Shown: in pieces, positions 21,390 through 31,391 of the stretch
Layout of the letters: each line of letters begins with the position of its first letter
How positions within the stretch are numbered: position 1 is the stretch's first letter
Source of the DNA: an uncultured Pseudomonadota bacterium
GTDB taxonomy: Bacteria; Oederibacteriota; Muellerivitia; Muellerivitales; Muellerivitaceae
Reading direction: 5' to 3'
DNA: 64,000 nt
Assembly (NCBI GenBank): GCA_963843375.1
Contig: CAWJKT010000008.1
Coordinates: 1 to 64,000 of the forward strand
Position numbers and translations under genes: made by a program
The notes under the pieces: generated by a model
Told to the model about the DNA's origin: nothing
The model's input: the letters and a program-made list of their open reading frames with translations, nothing else
Databases searched by the model: none

Positions 21390-23826
21390 TTATTGACCCA
21401 AAACCTGGGTGAAATGGGCGTCCGAATTTCGGATAGTGACGTCTTCAAACCAAGCGTTCGTCCTTAAGAAAGACAAATAACGAACATGGTGTGGTCCTTT
21501 ATTGAGAAAAACAGTTCGAGAAACCGGATAGGGCTGCACCCAATCGACCGTAATGGACGAAAGACATTTTTTATCGTCTATCCAAATCTGAATCGGATTG
21601 GGACTGTTGACGGTAAAGGTATATTTACCATCCACGGGGGCATCCCATTCTCCATCCGCTGAAGCCGAGTGGGCTCCCATCCCCCGGGGAAGGGGATTTA
21701 AGGTTGGGTTGGAATCTTCGTACTGGATCATGCCCCGGCCCATGCCATAATAAGTTACATAAACACGCCGAAGCCATTTCTTCTCCGGAACCACCCGGAA
21801 CATGAACAGTTTCCCCGGTTTTTCAGGAATATCCGCCGCCGGGATCACTACGTCATACATGGTAGGAACATCGATCTTGGATTGGTAATATTCCCACCTG
21901 GGAATCCATTGGGCATTTGGAAAATCTTTCTTTAAAAGAGGGGCCCACTCTTTATCCTGCCCCGCGATGATAACGGAGAAATCCTTGCGGGGCTCATTCG
22001 CAAGGACATCGACTACATTAGTTTTTTGTAAAAGGTATAGAGGCTCCCCATCGTGAATAACACCCTCCACCGCAGGGGAGGCGTATCCCATCCCATCATA
22101 AACTCCCATATAAACGCGCTTGGTCGGAAGTTGATCGGATATCTCGCGAGACACCAAGATATCGGGCCGCATCATATTCCACCATTTGTCGTAAACCCTG
22201 GTAAAAGTTCCCTTCCCTTCCCAAACCCAAAAACCCGTTAAACCCAAAAGAAAGAAGATGCCCGCCCAGCGCCTGATCCCTTTTACCGATAAGAAACCCA
22301 ATAACCATTCTTCCAGTCCCCAAGCGGAAAGTAACATCATCGGAGGGAAAGCGCCCAGAAGTTTTGCGCTGGTAGGATCAACCGTCAGAAGGCGGCCAAC
22401 GATGCCTACAAAGCAACAAAGAAGTAAAAACAATCGGGTCCAGGAAAAACGCGAAATGGCAAAAACCAGGCCAACAAACGCCAAAACCGCCGCGTGGTAA
22501 TCGAAAAAAGGGTCCCCTTCCACATTCATGTCCGAACGGTCATCGCCGGTGTAGAAGAGAGTCCGGATACACCTTGAAAACTGCCCCACTGAATCCCAAA
22601 ACCCAATACGCTCATCGTGAATTTTAATCGTGATTTCCGGATCCATCGCCAAGGGATAAACCAAAAAACCAACCAAAAGAACTCCCAGAGACCAACTTAC
22701 TATCATCCGGTCCTTTCCTTGTGTTGTCCGGTAAAAATAGCCCAAGACCGCAAATAAAACGGCTTGGATCAGGATCCATACGATGTGGTTTCCGCTCCAA
22801 AACTTGGAGACAGGGTTATTCGGAAGAACAAAGAAGAGTCTGTCAAGAAGGAATAGAAATAGTCCGGAAAGCGCAAGGGTCAAGAAAATCCGAAGGGACC
22901 AGCGAATGGATTGAGCCCTTTCTTTCCAAAAAATCCAAATCAGGGTAATGACAGCCAGGAAAAGCATCCAGGGCCGGTAGGCGATATAACTATAGAAGCC
23001 AAAGCCTAGGACAAAGCCCCATTGGAGAAAATGGGGGAGGTCGGGTTTTCGGAACAATCGAAACTGGAACCAAAGGATGAGGGCAATGATAAAAGGAAGG
23101 GTCAAACCCGGCATCCCTCCTAGGTTTTGCATAATCATGGGTTTGCTAAAAACACCCAGGGCCGCCAAAATGAGACCCGTCATTCTTTTTCCAGTAATCT
23201 CCCTCCCCAGCCGATAAAAAAGCCAAACCCGCGCCAACGTCAAAAAAAGTGGACGTCAATCTTTGAACCAACAAGCCTTTCATCGTTGGAAAAAGCCACC
23301 ATAACCCAGCAGCCGCGTAGGGATAAAGGGGTTCTCGGTGACCGATCGCGAAGGTCATTCGGAATACGTGAAGTTCAAAAATATTACAGGGATCGATGAT
23401 GCAAATGGCCGGATCATCCCAATAACGACCCATGGGTTGATCACCCCGGTAAAGCCTCATGTAAACCGTCGCGACCAAAAAAACAAAGAGAAGCGGATAG
23501 GCCAACCATCGTGGTGAATCCAGAAGACTCGGTTTTGAAGGAAGCCCACGGAACCCTAAAAACAAAAGGGCCGCAGCTAAGTAAAGAAGGAAGTTTAGGT
23601 GGTTGACGGGTAAAGTAAAAGGAACTCCCAACCAGTTGAAAGTTTCAAACTGGAGAAAAACCAAAGCCACCAGAAAAAAACCCATTAAAAGTAGGAAGAA
23701 AGTTTCCAACGAGGGGGAAGACGCAACCGTCGTAACGGGAGGAACAGTTAAAGGACTCAGTATTTCTTTTTTAGAGGGAAAATTCTTCCGGCGTGGAACT
23801 TTCCGATTTCCTTTAGGCTTGGCCAA
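21390..23826 (-). CDS. ArnT/PMT-like GT-C membrane protein with PA14-like tail (paralog 3), split by a +1 frameshift near 23229
   Basis: ORFs 23146-23826 and 21390-23243 are the N- and C-parts of one paralog; removing one C from CCC at 23228-23230 restores TFFDVGAVWLFYRLGREITG. Confidence 0.75.
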
Positions 23827-23863
23827 TTTGATGAACCACCCTTATGATCAAATTTTCTATCCG

Positions 23864-24889
23864 TCAGGGAGCCGCATGTGGAACTTGATACAAGGCGACA
23901 TGATCGCCACCCGCAATCATTAGAACATCATCCGAACTTATGGCCAAACCTCGGTCTCCAGAAACCAAAGCTCCTTTTTCGTCCTTAAGGTCGCCTAAAT
24001 AACCGCTTTTAAGACTATAGGCTTTCACGCAGCTGAATCCATCGCTGGTAGTCGCCGAAACAAAAAGCCGTCCTTCTTTATCCACAGCCAAAGCCGGAAT
24101 ATTCTTTTTGAACTTGAAAACCTTGAGGACCTTTCCATCTTGGTCCAACCATTGCACTCGACTGTTTTCCGTATCTGCCACGAAATAATTTCCATTCCCG
24201 TCCGAAACAACGTCTTGGGGTCCCTTAAATTGGCCTTCTTCGGTACCACTCCTTCCCCAAGATGCGGCTACATGTCCATCGGGAGCGATCACAAGAATCC
24301 GGTGGCTTCCCGTGTCGGCAAGAAGGAAGTTCTTTCCGTCGTAACCAATCCCCCGGGGGCCATAAAGGTTTTTGTCCCCCAAATCAAGATTCAATATTTG
24401 TTTCCCGTTTTCGTCATAACCTTTGATTGCGCTGTTCCATGTATCAATCACATAGCCGAACCCCTTGTCGTCTGAAACCATTCCGGAGGGTTCATGAAAA
24501 CCATTGGGACCCGTTCCAAGCTTTCCCCAAGTCTTTAGACAATTTCCTTTTCGATCGAAAACCAAAATACGGTTGTTACCTTGGTCCACTACCATGATCT
24601 TGTCTTTTCCAATAGGCCCCACACCCCAGGCATTAAAAGTCCCGCATTTATTTGTTTCTCCACCAAAGGTAATGATGGACTGAACTTTATAGTCTTTAAC
24701 GGTTTCGCCATGAAATAAGTTCATGCTTTCCACTACACAAACGATCAACACGAGAGCGATCAAAATCCGAATAAAGACCTTTCCTTGACCCGATTGACGG
24801 GGGGGAACCTGAAGAGGCGCTACGGATGGTTGGCGATTAACCGCTCCAAGACTTTTTTTATTGGCGCTTGTTTTTTTTCGTGTCGGCAT
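23864..24889 (-). CDS. Membrane-anchored NHL-repeat protein
   Basis: One N-terminal TM; DQGNNRI, FHEPSG, DTWN, LYGPRGI, ADTGSHRI, FKGPQDV, ADTENSRVQ. Confidence 0.88.
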   Translation of the reverse strand: MPTRKKTSANKKSLGAVNRQPSVAPLQVPPRQSGQGKVFIRILIALVLIVCVVESMNLFHGETVKDYKVQSIITFGGETNKCGTFNAWGVGPIGKDKIMVVDQGNNRILVFDRKGNCLKTWGKLGTGPNGFHEPSGMVSDDKGFGYVIDTWNSAIKGYDENGKQILNLDLGDKNLYGPRGIGYDGKNFLLADTGSHRILVIAPDGHVAASWGRSGTEEGQFKGPQDVVSDGNGNYFVADTENSRVQWLDQDGKVLKVFKFKKNIPALAVDKEGRLFVSATTSDGFSCVKAYSLKSGYLGDLKDEKGALVSGDRGLAISSDDVLMIAGGDHVALYQVPHAAP

Positions 24890-25291
24890 AAACCCTCCAA
24901 AGAGATTCCAAATTTAGACGTCTGAAATTGATTTCATTCCTTTAATTTTCACAAATTAAAGTAGAAGCCATTAAAAACAAAACTTAAACACGACCTAATA
25001 AAAATTTCAAAACGGACCCACCCAGGAAACCTGGTATTTTAGCGAAAAACAATGGGATTTACCTTCGTGGAAAGATACGGGCAGTAGGATATAACAACTT
25101 CCTGGCTATAACAAAGAATTTTTAAGGCTGGGGAACGGGAAACTTCCCTGATTATGTTCGAAAGATGCCTCAAATTCGACCCCATTGATATAAATGACGC
25201 TGGTAGCAGGTTTTATTACATTAAGAATATAACAATGAATTCTTCATCCTAAAGTCGTTTCCAGGGCGAGCATTTGATGGGTCTAGGTTGT

Positions 25292-26218
25292 TTATTTACG
25301 GTCTGACCTTTTTTCAATGGGGACTAGCTCCAAAGAAAAAAGAATTTTCGTTTTTACCAATAGAAAAGTTGCCACGACCACCGAAATTAATCCTGAAAGA
25401 ACAGTTAAATATCCGCCTAACAAGAGGGCGGCGTTCCTTGATTGATCCCCGGCCATCCAACCTCCAAACCCTAATAGTATCACTCCGGCCCCTAAGGCCC
25501 AATAGATTGGCGCCTTGGAAAACATGGTTACCGAATCAAAAAAGAGTTTGAATTTCTTCCGCAAACTCCAACCCGACTTCCCATAAACCCTTTCACGCTT
25601 GGAATAGGTGACGAAATCCTGCCGATAGCCGAAAGAACAGATGAGAAGAAGGATGCTCGCGTTTCTCACCTGGGATTGGGCCAACCGTTTCAAAACAACC
25701 TTGTCCAAAAGGAAAAAATCTGCTCCCGTGGGCGGAACCTGCTTTAATCCCACCCCATATCGGACAATGAAATAATAAAGCCGGGCGAAGAAAACCGTGC
25801 TGAAGCTTTCCCCCTCCCGTGCGCCTCGGACCGCCCAGACAACCTTTGCCCCATCCTTCCACTTTCCGTAAAGTTCACCGATAGTTTCGGGCGGATCCTG
25901 CAGGTCGGCTGCCATCCCCACCGCGCAAGCGCCTTTTGCTTCCCTCAATGCACAGGCCAAGGCCAAATGGGAACCAGAATTTCTCTCGAATCGCAGAACC
26001 TTGACCCGTTTGTCATTTCGTGCAATCGATTCCATGACGCGGTAGGTCTCATCTTCCGAATGGTCATCGACCACAATCCATTCCCAGCTTAGACGAAGCT
26101 GATCCAATGATTTTTTCAACCGCCTGTAAAGCAAGGGTAGATTTTGAGCCTCATTGAAGGCGGGAGTGACAACCGACACCTTGATGGGACGCGAACTTTT
26201 GGGGTTTGCTTTAGTCAA
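25292..26218 (-). CDS. GT2 glycosyltransferase, GtrB/ArnC-like, with two C-terminal TMs
   Basis: VVTPAFNEAQN, VDDHSED, ADLQDPPE, GADFFLLD, GKSGWSLRKK. Confidence 0.88.
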   Translation of the reverse strand: MTKANPKSSRPIKVSVVTPAFNEAQNLPLLYRRLKKSLDQLRLSWEWIVVDDHSEDETYRVMESIARNDKRVKVLRFERNSGSHLALACALREAKGACAVGMAADLQDPPETIGELYGKWKDGAKVVWAVRGAREGESFSTVFFARLYYFIVRYGVGLKQVPPTGADFFLLDKVVLKRLAQSQVRNASILLLICSFGYRQDFVTYSKRERVYGKSGWSLRKKFKLFFDSVTMFSKAPIYWALGAGVILLGFGGWMAGDQSRNAALLLGGYLTVLSGLISVVVATFLLVKTKILFSLELVPIEKRSDRK

Positions 26219-26263
26219 AACGGATCATTTCCTTTTTGATACTTTAGTTCTTAAGATTTTCAA

Positions 26264-26291
26264 ATCATAACATTGGGTCCGATGTTATGAT
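26264..26291. promoter_or_regulatory. Perfect 10-bp inverted repeat carrying an extended -10 on each strand (bidirectional promoter or operator)
   Basis: ATCATAACAT-tgggtccg-ATGTTATGAT between divergent starts 26218 and 26330. Confidence 0.5.
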
Positions 26292-26329
26292 GGCTGAAAT
26301 TGCGACTCTTTGAGGAAATAGGGAATATT

Positions 26330-26956
26330 ATGAAGGATCTTATCATCTTAGGAACGGGCGTCCATGGCGCAGAAATGGTGGAGATCGTTGAACGCGTGAA
26401 CAACGATAAGAAAACCTGGAACCTCCTGGGGTTCCTTTCATTTGATAAGGCCCAAAAGGGACAATCCTTCAACCAGATTCCCGTTTTAGGCTCTTTCGAT
26501 CAAATCCTAGATTTCCCAAACTGTTTTTTCGTCCCGAACAACAAATGGAACCGGTCGATTAGCCTCCCGATGGGGCAGTTGGCTTCTTTGATTGATCCCA
26601 CCACTTTCGTTTCTCGAACGGCCCAAATCGGCAAAGGTGTTGTCTTATACCCTCATTGCTATGTCGGGCTTCAGGCCAAAATCGGCGATTTTGTATTTTC
26701 CCTTAGTAATTCCGTTATAAACCATGATGTGGTTCTGGAAACAGGAGTCATCATTACCAGCGGGGTTATGTTAGCCGGAAGTGTTCATATAGAAGAAAGT
26801 TGTTACTTGGGGCAAGCCTGCACTGTTCGAGAAAAATTACGGATCGGTAAAAGCAGCCTGATCGGAATGGGCGCCGTCGTCACCAAGGATGTGCCCCCGA
26901 ATAGCGTGATGATCGGTAGCCCCGCAAAAAAACTCAAAGACCGCTTTCCCAACTAA
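26330..26956 (+). CDS. NeuD/PglD-family sugar acetyltransferase (left-handed beta-helix)
   Basis: LIILGTGVHG N-domain, hexapeptide repeats, INHD, IGMGAVVTKDVP, GSPAK; ATG 26330 after GAGG. Confidence 0.88.
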   Translation: MKDLIILGTGVHGAEMVEIVERVNNDKKTWNLLGFLSFDKAQKGQSFNQIPVLGSFDQILDFPNCFFVPNNKWNRSISLPMGQLASLIDPTTFVSRTAQIGKGVVLYPHCYVGLQAKIGDFVFSLSNSVINHDVVLETGVIITSGVMLAGSVHIEESCYLGQACTVREKLRIGKSSLIGMGAVVTKDVPPNSVMIGSPAKKLKDRFPN

Positions 26957-26968
26957 TAAAACTGAAAA

Positions 26969-28156
26969 TTAAGCTTTTTGACAAGCTTTCTTCAAAGATT
27001 CCACTACTTGGTCCTGTTCAGCTTCAGTCATCAAGTGAAAGAGCGGTAATATGATCGCCCTTTCCTGGGCCCTTACACTTTCCGCAAGCCTTTTACAAAT
27101 ACCTTTCGAATGGTCGCACCCTGGCATTGACTTTTCACCACAATTCCAAGGCTCAATAGCATATGCGGGTTCTCGGTGGCTGTTCATGATTGCGCGACGG
27201 GTACTGATACCGTCATCTAGCATCCTTTGCATAACGGCCTTCTGGTCACAATGTTCCGGCAAATAAACACAATAGCTTTGCCAATTGCTTCTCGCCCAAT
27301 TAGGCTCGAAGGGAGCCACCACCCCGGGAACCGAAGCGATCAATTTCTTATAACGCTCCCCTTGTTTGCGACGGTTTTCAATAATGGTGGGAATCCGCTT
27401 TAACTGTTCCCTGCCAACGGCGGCCTGGATATCCGTCATGCGATAGTTGTAACCCAACTCCACATATTCCTCAAAAATGACTTCCTTCGAACCATGGCGC
27501 TTGGTATCCGGCACACTCATGCAATGCTGACGCCAGAGACGGAACTTGGAATCCCATTCGGAGTTGCTGGTGGTAAGCATTCCTCCATCCCCGGTCGTCA
27601 AAAGCTTGCGGGGATGAAACGAAAAACAAGCGATATCACCCTGGGGCCTGCCAATCTTTTCCCATTGTCCGTTCACCTTGATTTCAGCACCCACTGCGCA
27701 AGCCGCATCTTCCACAACCGGGAGTTTCTTTTTCTTTGCGACGGCTAAAACCCCCGTCAAGTCGCAAGGCATGCCAATCTGGTGAACCACTAGGATGGCT
27801 TTGGTTTTGGGCGTAACCGCAGCCTCAATAAGGGCTGGATTGATGTTGAAGGTCCTTGGATCAATATCCACAAATACGGGGATGGCCCCGGTATAGCGGA
27901 TGGAGTTCGGGGTGGCCACGAAAGTATGACTGACGGTAATGACTTCCCCGCCGTTTACCCCCACGGCCTTTAAGGCTAAGTGGAGTGCGGTGGTGCAGTT
28001 AGAAACGGCGCAGGCATGGGCAGATCCCACATAAGCGGCAAATTCCTTCTCAAAAGCGGCAACTTCTGGACCCTGGGTAACCCAGCCTGAGGAAATAGGC
28101 CGTTTGACGGCTTCGAGTTCCTCGTTTCCCAACCATGGTTTCGCAACGGGAATCAT
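26969..28156 (-). CDS. DegT/DnrJ/EryC1/StrS PLP-dependent sugar aminotransferase
   Basis: SNCTTALHL, VEDAACA, FSFHPRK (PLP Lys), GYNYRMTDIQAA. Confidence 0.92.
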   Translation of the reverse strand: MIPVAKPWLGNEELEAVKRPISSGWVTQGPEVAAFEKEFAAYVGSAHACAVSNCTTALHLALKAVGVNGGEVITVSHTFVATPNSIRYTGAIPVFVDIDPRTFNINPALIEAAVTPKTKAILVVHQIGMPCDLTGVLAVAKKKKLPVVEDAACAVGAEIKVNGQWEKIGRPQGDIACFSFHPRKLLTTGDGGMLTTSNSEWDSKFRLWRQHCMSVPDTKRHGSKEVIFEEYVELGYNYRMTDIQAAVGREQLKRIPTIIENRRKQGERYKKLIASVPGVVAPFEPNWARSNWQSYCVYLPEHCDQKAVMQRMLDDGISTRRAIMNSHREPAYAIEPWNCGEKSMPGCDHSKGICKRLAESVRAQERAIILPLFHLMTEAEQDQVVESLKKACQKA

Positions 28157-28256
28157 AACCACTCCTTATTAATTATGCGTCAAATGCAGTTGGAAGTTTG
28201 CGCTGATTTCCGCAGCAAAATTGTATTTTTACTGTGTTCAACAGCGCCACATGAAG

Positions 28257-29222
28257 CTATTTAATATCTTTCTCCAAACGCCACCAATCGACCAAAAGCT
28301 TCAATCCTTCTTCTAAAGACACCATCGCCTCGAATCCTAAAAGGTTTTTCGCTTTAGTCGTGTCCGCTAGGCGCCTGGGAACGGGATTCACCTTGCGTTC
28401 TGGTCCATATTGAGGTTTCAGGTTCGAACCCATTGTTTTTATAAGCGCTGTCGCCAATTGGTTGAGGCTGGTTTCTACGCCGCTGCCTACGTTAATAATC
28501 TCATCTGACACGTCCGCTTTTGCTGCCAATATATTGGCCCTGGCCACATCATCAATATAAATGAAATCCATTGTGGTAGAGCCATCGCCCAAGATCAAGG
28601 GCGGCTCTCCATTGGCAATTTTGTTCATCCATTTCACATGCACTTCAGTGAACTGTCCTTGAATGCTCATGCGTACGCCGTAGATGTTAAAATAACGAAG
28701 GACAACATATTTCATGCCATACATTTCATTGAAGGAACGCAACATCTGTTCATTGAAAGATTTGGCCGCCCCATAGAGGGTTCGGTTGTTATGCAGAGGA
28801 TGGTTCTCCGGAGTTGGAAAAATGGAGGCCATCCCATAAACCGAAGCCGAGGAAGCCGCGACAGTTTTTTTCACTCCCGCTTTGGCCGCCGCCTCCAACA
28901 CGTTAAAAGTTCCATCCACCATGACTTCCAGGGCAAGCCTGGGCTCTTCAGCGCATTGGGTAATGCGAATAGCCGCCTGATGGTAGAGGACATCGATTCC
29001 TTGCGTTGTTTTTTCAAGAAGGGGTTTGTCGTTGATGCTTCCGTTAACCAAAGTGACTTTCCCGTTTTTCACGGCCCAATCCAGGTTTTTTGAAACGCCT
29101 CGGCTGAAATTGTCCAAAGCTATGATTTCCCCCACTCCTTCCTTGACCAACTGGTCGCAAATGGTTGAACCCACTAACCCGGCTGCTCCGGTCACTAAAA
29201 CACGGCTTCCCTTTAGCTCCAT
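28257..29222 (-). CDS. NAD-dependent nucleotide-sugar epimerase/dehydratase (extended SDR)
   Basis: GAAGLVG, ASSASVYG, YGAAK, LRYFNIYG, DFIYIDDVA. Confidence 0.9.
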   Translation of the reverse strand: MELKGSRVLVTGAAGLVGSTICDQLVKEGVGEIIALDNFSRGVSKNLDWAVKNGKVTLVNGSINDKPLLEKTTQGIDVLYHQAAIRITQCAEEPRLALEVMVDGTFNVLEAAAKAGVKKTVAASSASVYGMASIFPTPENHPLHNNRTLYGAAKSFNEQMLRSFNEMYGMKYVVLRYFNIYGVRMSIQGQFTEVHVKWMNKIANGEPPLILGDGSTTMDFIYIDDVARANILAAKADVSDEIINVGSGVETSLNQLATALIKTMGSNLKPQYGPERKVNPVPRRLADTTKAKNLLGFEAMVSLEEGLKLLVDWWRLEKDIK

Positions 29223-29258
29223 TTTTTCTCCTCAAAAAATATAAATCTCAACCATAAA

Positions 29259-30362
29259 TTAAGTATTTTTCAAACCCTGGTGAACAGCTTCGACTACTTC
29301 GTCCACCTGGGCTTCGGTCATCTCCGGGTAGAGAGGCAAGGAAAGAAGCTGGGAACAGGCCCTTTCTGTCACCGGAAAATCCCCGACTTTGTAGCCTAGG
29401 TCGGAGTAGGCTTTCTGCAAATGTACGGGAATCGGGTAATGAATATTAGTTTGGATGCCTTTGCTCATCAGGGATTCCTGTATCTGATCCCGCTTTTCTA
29501 TCAGGATGGGATAAACATGGTAGACGTTTCTAATCCCTAATGGGGTTTGGGGTATTTTTAGGGAAAGACCCTTCAATTTCTCATTGTATCGTTTCGCCAA
29601 TGTCATGCGGTTTTCAGTCCATTTCTCAATGTGTTTTAGTTTCACTCTCAGAATAGCTCCCTGGAGAGCTTCCATTCGAAAGTTAAATCCTTTTAAATCA
29701 TGGTGGTATCTTTTTTCCGCGCCCCAATCCCGAAGGAGCCTGATTTTCTTGGCGATTATTTCATCGTTAGTTGTTACCGCCCCGCCTTCCCCATAAGCGC
29801 CAAGGTTTTTACCGGGATAAAAACTGAAACATCCGGCTAAACCCATACCCCCTACCCGGCGACCTTGGATTTCGGCCCCGTGGGCTTGAGCTGCATCCTC
29901 GATAAGAACAAAATTCTTCTTTTTCGCAATCTCCAACAAAGGCTCTATTTTCACAGGCTTTCCATGGAGATGAACAGGAAGAATAGCTTTTGTTTTGGAT
30001 GTAATGGCCGAAGTCACGCGGTCGGGATCAAGATTTAGGGTCTGGGGATCGATCTCCACGAAAACAGGCTTGGCCCCGGTATAAAGCACCGCAGCTGTCG
30101 TCGCCACGAAGGTTAAGGGGGTAGTGATCACCTCGTCACCGGGACCAACCCCTGCGGCTAATAATGCCAAATGGAGGGCGCTTGTGCCTGTGTTAACGGC
30201 GACCGCAAAACGGGTTTGACAATAGGAAGCAAAGTCCTCTTCGAAGGCTTTGACCTCATCGCCCAAGACATAATGGCCGCTTTCCAAAACGCCTTTAACC
30301 GCTTCCTCAATTTCCTTTTGAATACTTCGATATTGGGCCTTCAGATCCAGGTAAGGAATCAT
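29259..30362 (-). CDS. DegT-family aminotransferase (WbpE-like)
   Basis: MIPYLDL, GTSALHL, EDAAQAHG, FSFYPGKNLGAYGEGG, HYPIPVHLQ. Confidence 0.92.
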   Translation of the reverse strand: MIPYLDLKAQYRSIQKEIEEAVKGVLESGHYVLGDEVKAFEEDFASYCQTRFAVAVNTGTSALHLALLAAGVGPGDEVITTPLTFVATTAAVLYTGAKPVFVEIDPQTLNLDPDRVTSAITSKTKAILPVHLHGKPVKIEPLLEIAKKKNFVLIEDAAQAHGAEIQGRRVGGMGLAGCFSFYPGKNLGAYGEGGAVTTNDEIIAKKIRLLRDWGAEKRYHHDLKGFNFRMEALQGAILRVKLKHIEKWTENRMTLAKRYNEKLKGLSLKIPQTPLGIRNVYHVYPILIEKRDQIQESLMSKGIQTNIHYPIPVHLQKAYSDLGYKVGDFPVTERACSQLLSLPLYPEMTEAQVDEVVEAVHQGLKNT

Positions 30363-31387
30363 AAGTTGAATTTTTTCCAGTTCAAATTCACAGGTTTGCC
30401 TCTTTGGGCCAAGGATTGGGAGGCCGCTTCCAGAATATGGACGATTCTCAATCCGGACTTACCATCGGAAATGGGCTGTGTTCCTTTTTGAATGCACTCG
30501 GCAAAACAAGCTGCCTCATATTGCAGAGCCTCAGTGGTGTCCAATTGGGGCGTCCAAACGTCACCCGTTCGGTAGCCGACAATGAGTTTATAAATTCCCT
30601 CAGGCTTATCGTTGACCGTGATTCCTTTGTCATATAGTTTCACCTTCTCGGTTACTTCCAGATCGTCATAAACGATCATTTGTTTGTCTCCGCCGATCAA
30701 GGTCTTTCTAATCTTGACTGGTGCCAGCCAATTCACATGAATGTGGGCGATTAAGTTACCCTCAAAAAAACAGGTTAAGTAAGCAATATTCTCCGGTTCG
30801 TTGGAAACGTGGGAGATCCCGGTGGCGGAAATAACAGTCGGTTTTTGTTCCAGTACATAATCCATGATCGAGAGGTCGTGAACCGCCAGATCCCATAACA
30901 CGTTGATGTCATGTTGAAAAAGGCCCAGGTTTATTCTCACCGAATCGTAATAATTAATTTTTCCAATTTTCCCCCCTATCACCACTTCTTTAATCTTTCT
31001 TACCGCGCTGGTATAAAGGAAGGTATGGTCCACAAAAAGAGTTAATTTCCGTTTTTCCGCTTCCTGGACCAGTTGGTAGGCTTGGTCGGACGTAGACGCT
31101 AACGGCTTTTCCATGAAGACATGCTTGCCCGCCCTTAAAGCTTTCATACCTAAATCGAAATGGGTAAAAACGGGAGTGGCGATAGCTACCGCATCGACTT
31201 CTGTGCTTTGGAGGAGTTCATCGAAGTTGGTGGTGGTCTTGACAGCCGGATAACGCTTCTGGACTTTGGCTAGGTTTTCCGGTTTTAAATCGGCGACGAG
31301 AGTTACTTTAAAATCATCTATTTCGGAGAAGTTTCGCACGAGGTTTGGGCCCCAATAACCGTATCCAACCACTCCGATTTTGATCAT
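30359..31387 (-). CDS. Gfo/Idh/MocA oxidoreductase (WbpB-like sugar 3-dehydrogenase)
   Basis: GYGYWGPN, HVFMEKP, VDHTFLY, WDLAVHD; start taken at ATG 31387. Confidence 0.9.
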   Translation of the reverse strand: MIKIGVVGYGYWGPNLVRNFSEIDDFKVTLVADLKPENLAKVQKRYPAVKTTTNFDELLQSTEVDAVAIATPVFTHFDLGMKALRAGKHVFMEKPLASTSDQAYQLVQEAEKRKLTLFVDHTFLYTSAVRKIKEVVIGGKIGKINYYDSVRINLGLFQHDINVLWDLAVHDLSIMDYVLEQKPTVISATGISHVSNEPENIAYLTCFFEGNLIAHIHVNWLAPVKIRKTLIGGDKQMIVYDDLEVTEKVKLYDKGITVNDKPEGIYKLIVGYRTGDVWTPQLDTTEALQYEAACFAECIQKGTQPISDGKSGLRIVHILEAASQSLAQRGKPVNLNWKKFNL

Positions 31388-31391
31388 ACAG

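Noticed and set aside
23228..23250. Phase variation at the A7 tract beside the GT-C frameshift
   Set aside because: The frame is repaired more naturally at the CCC run (restoring DVGAVWLFY); similar +1 errors occur in housekeeping genes
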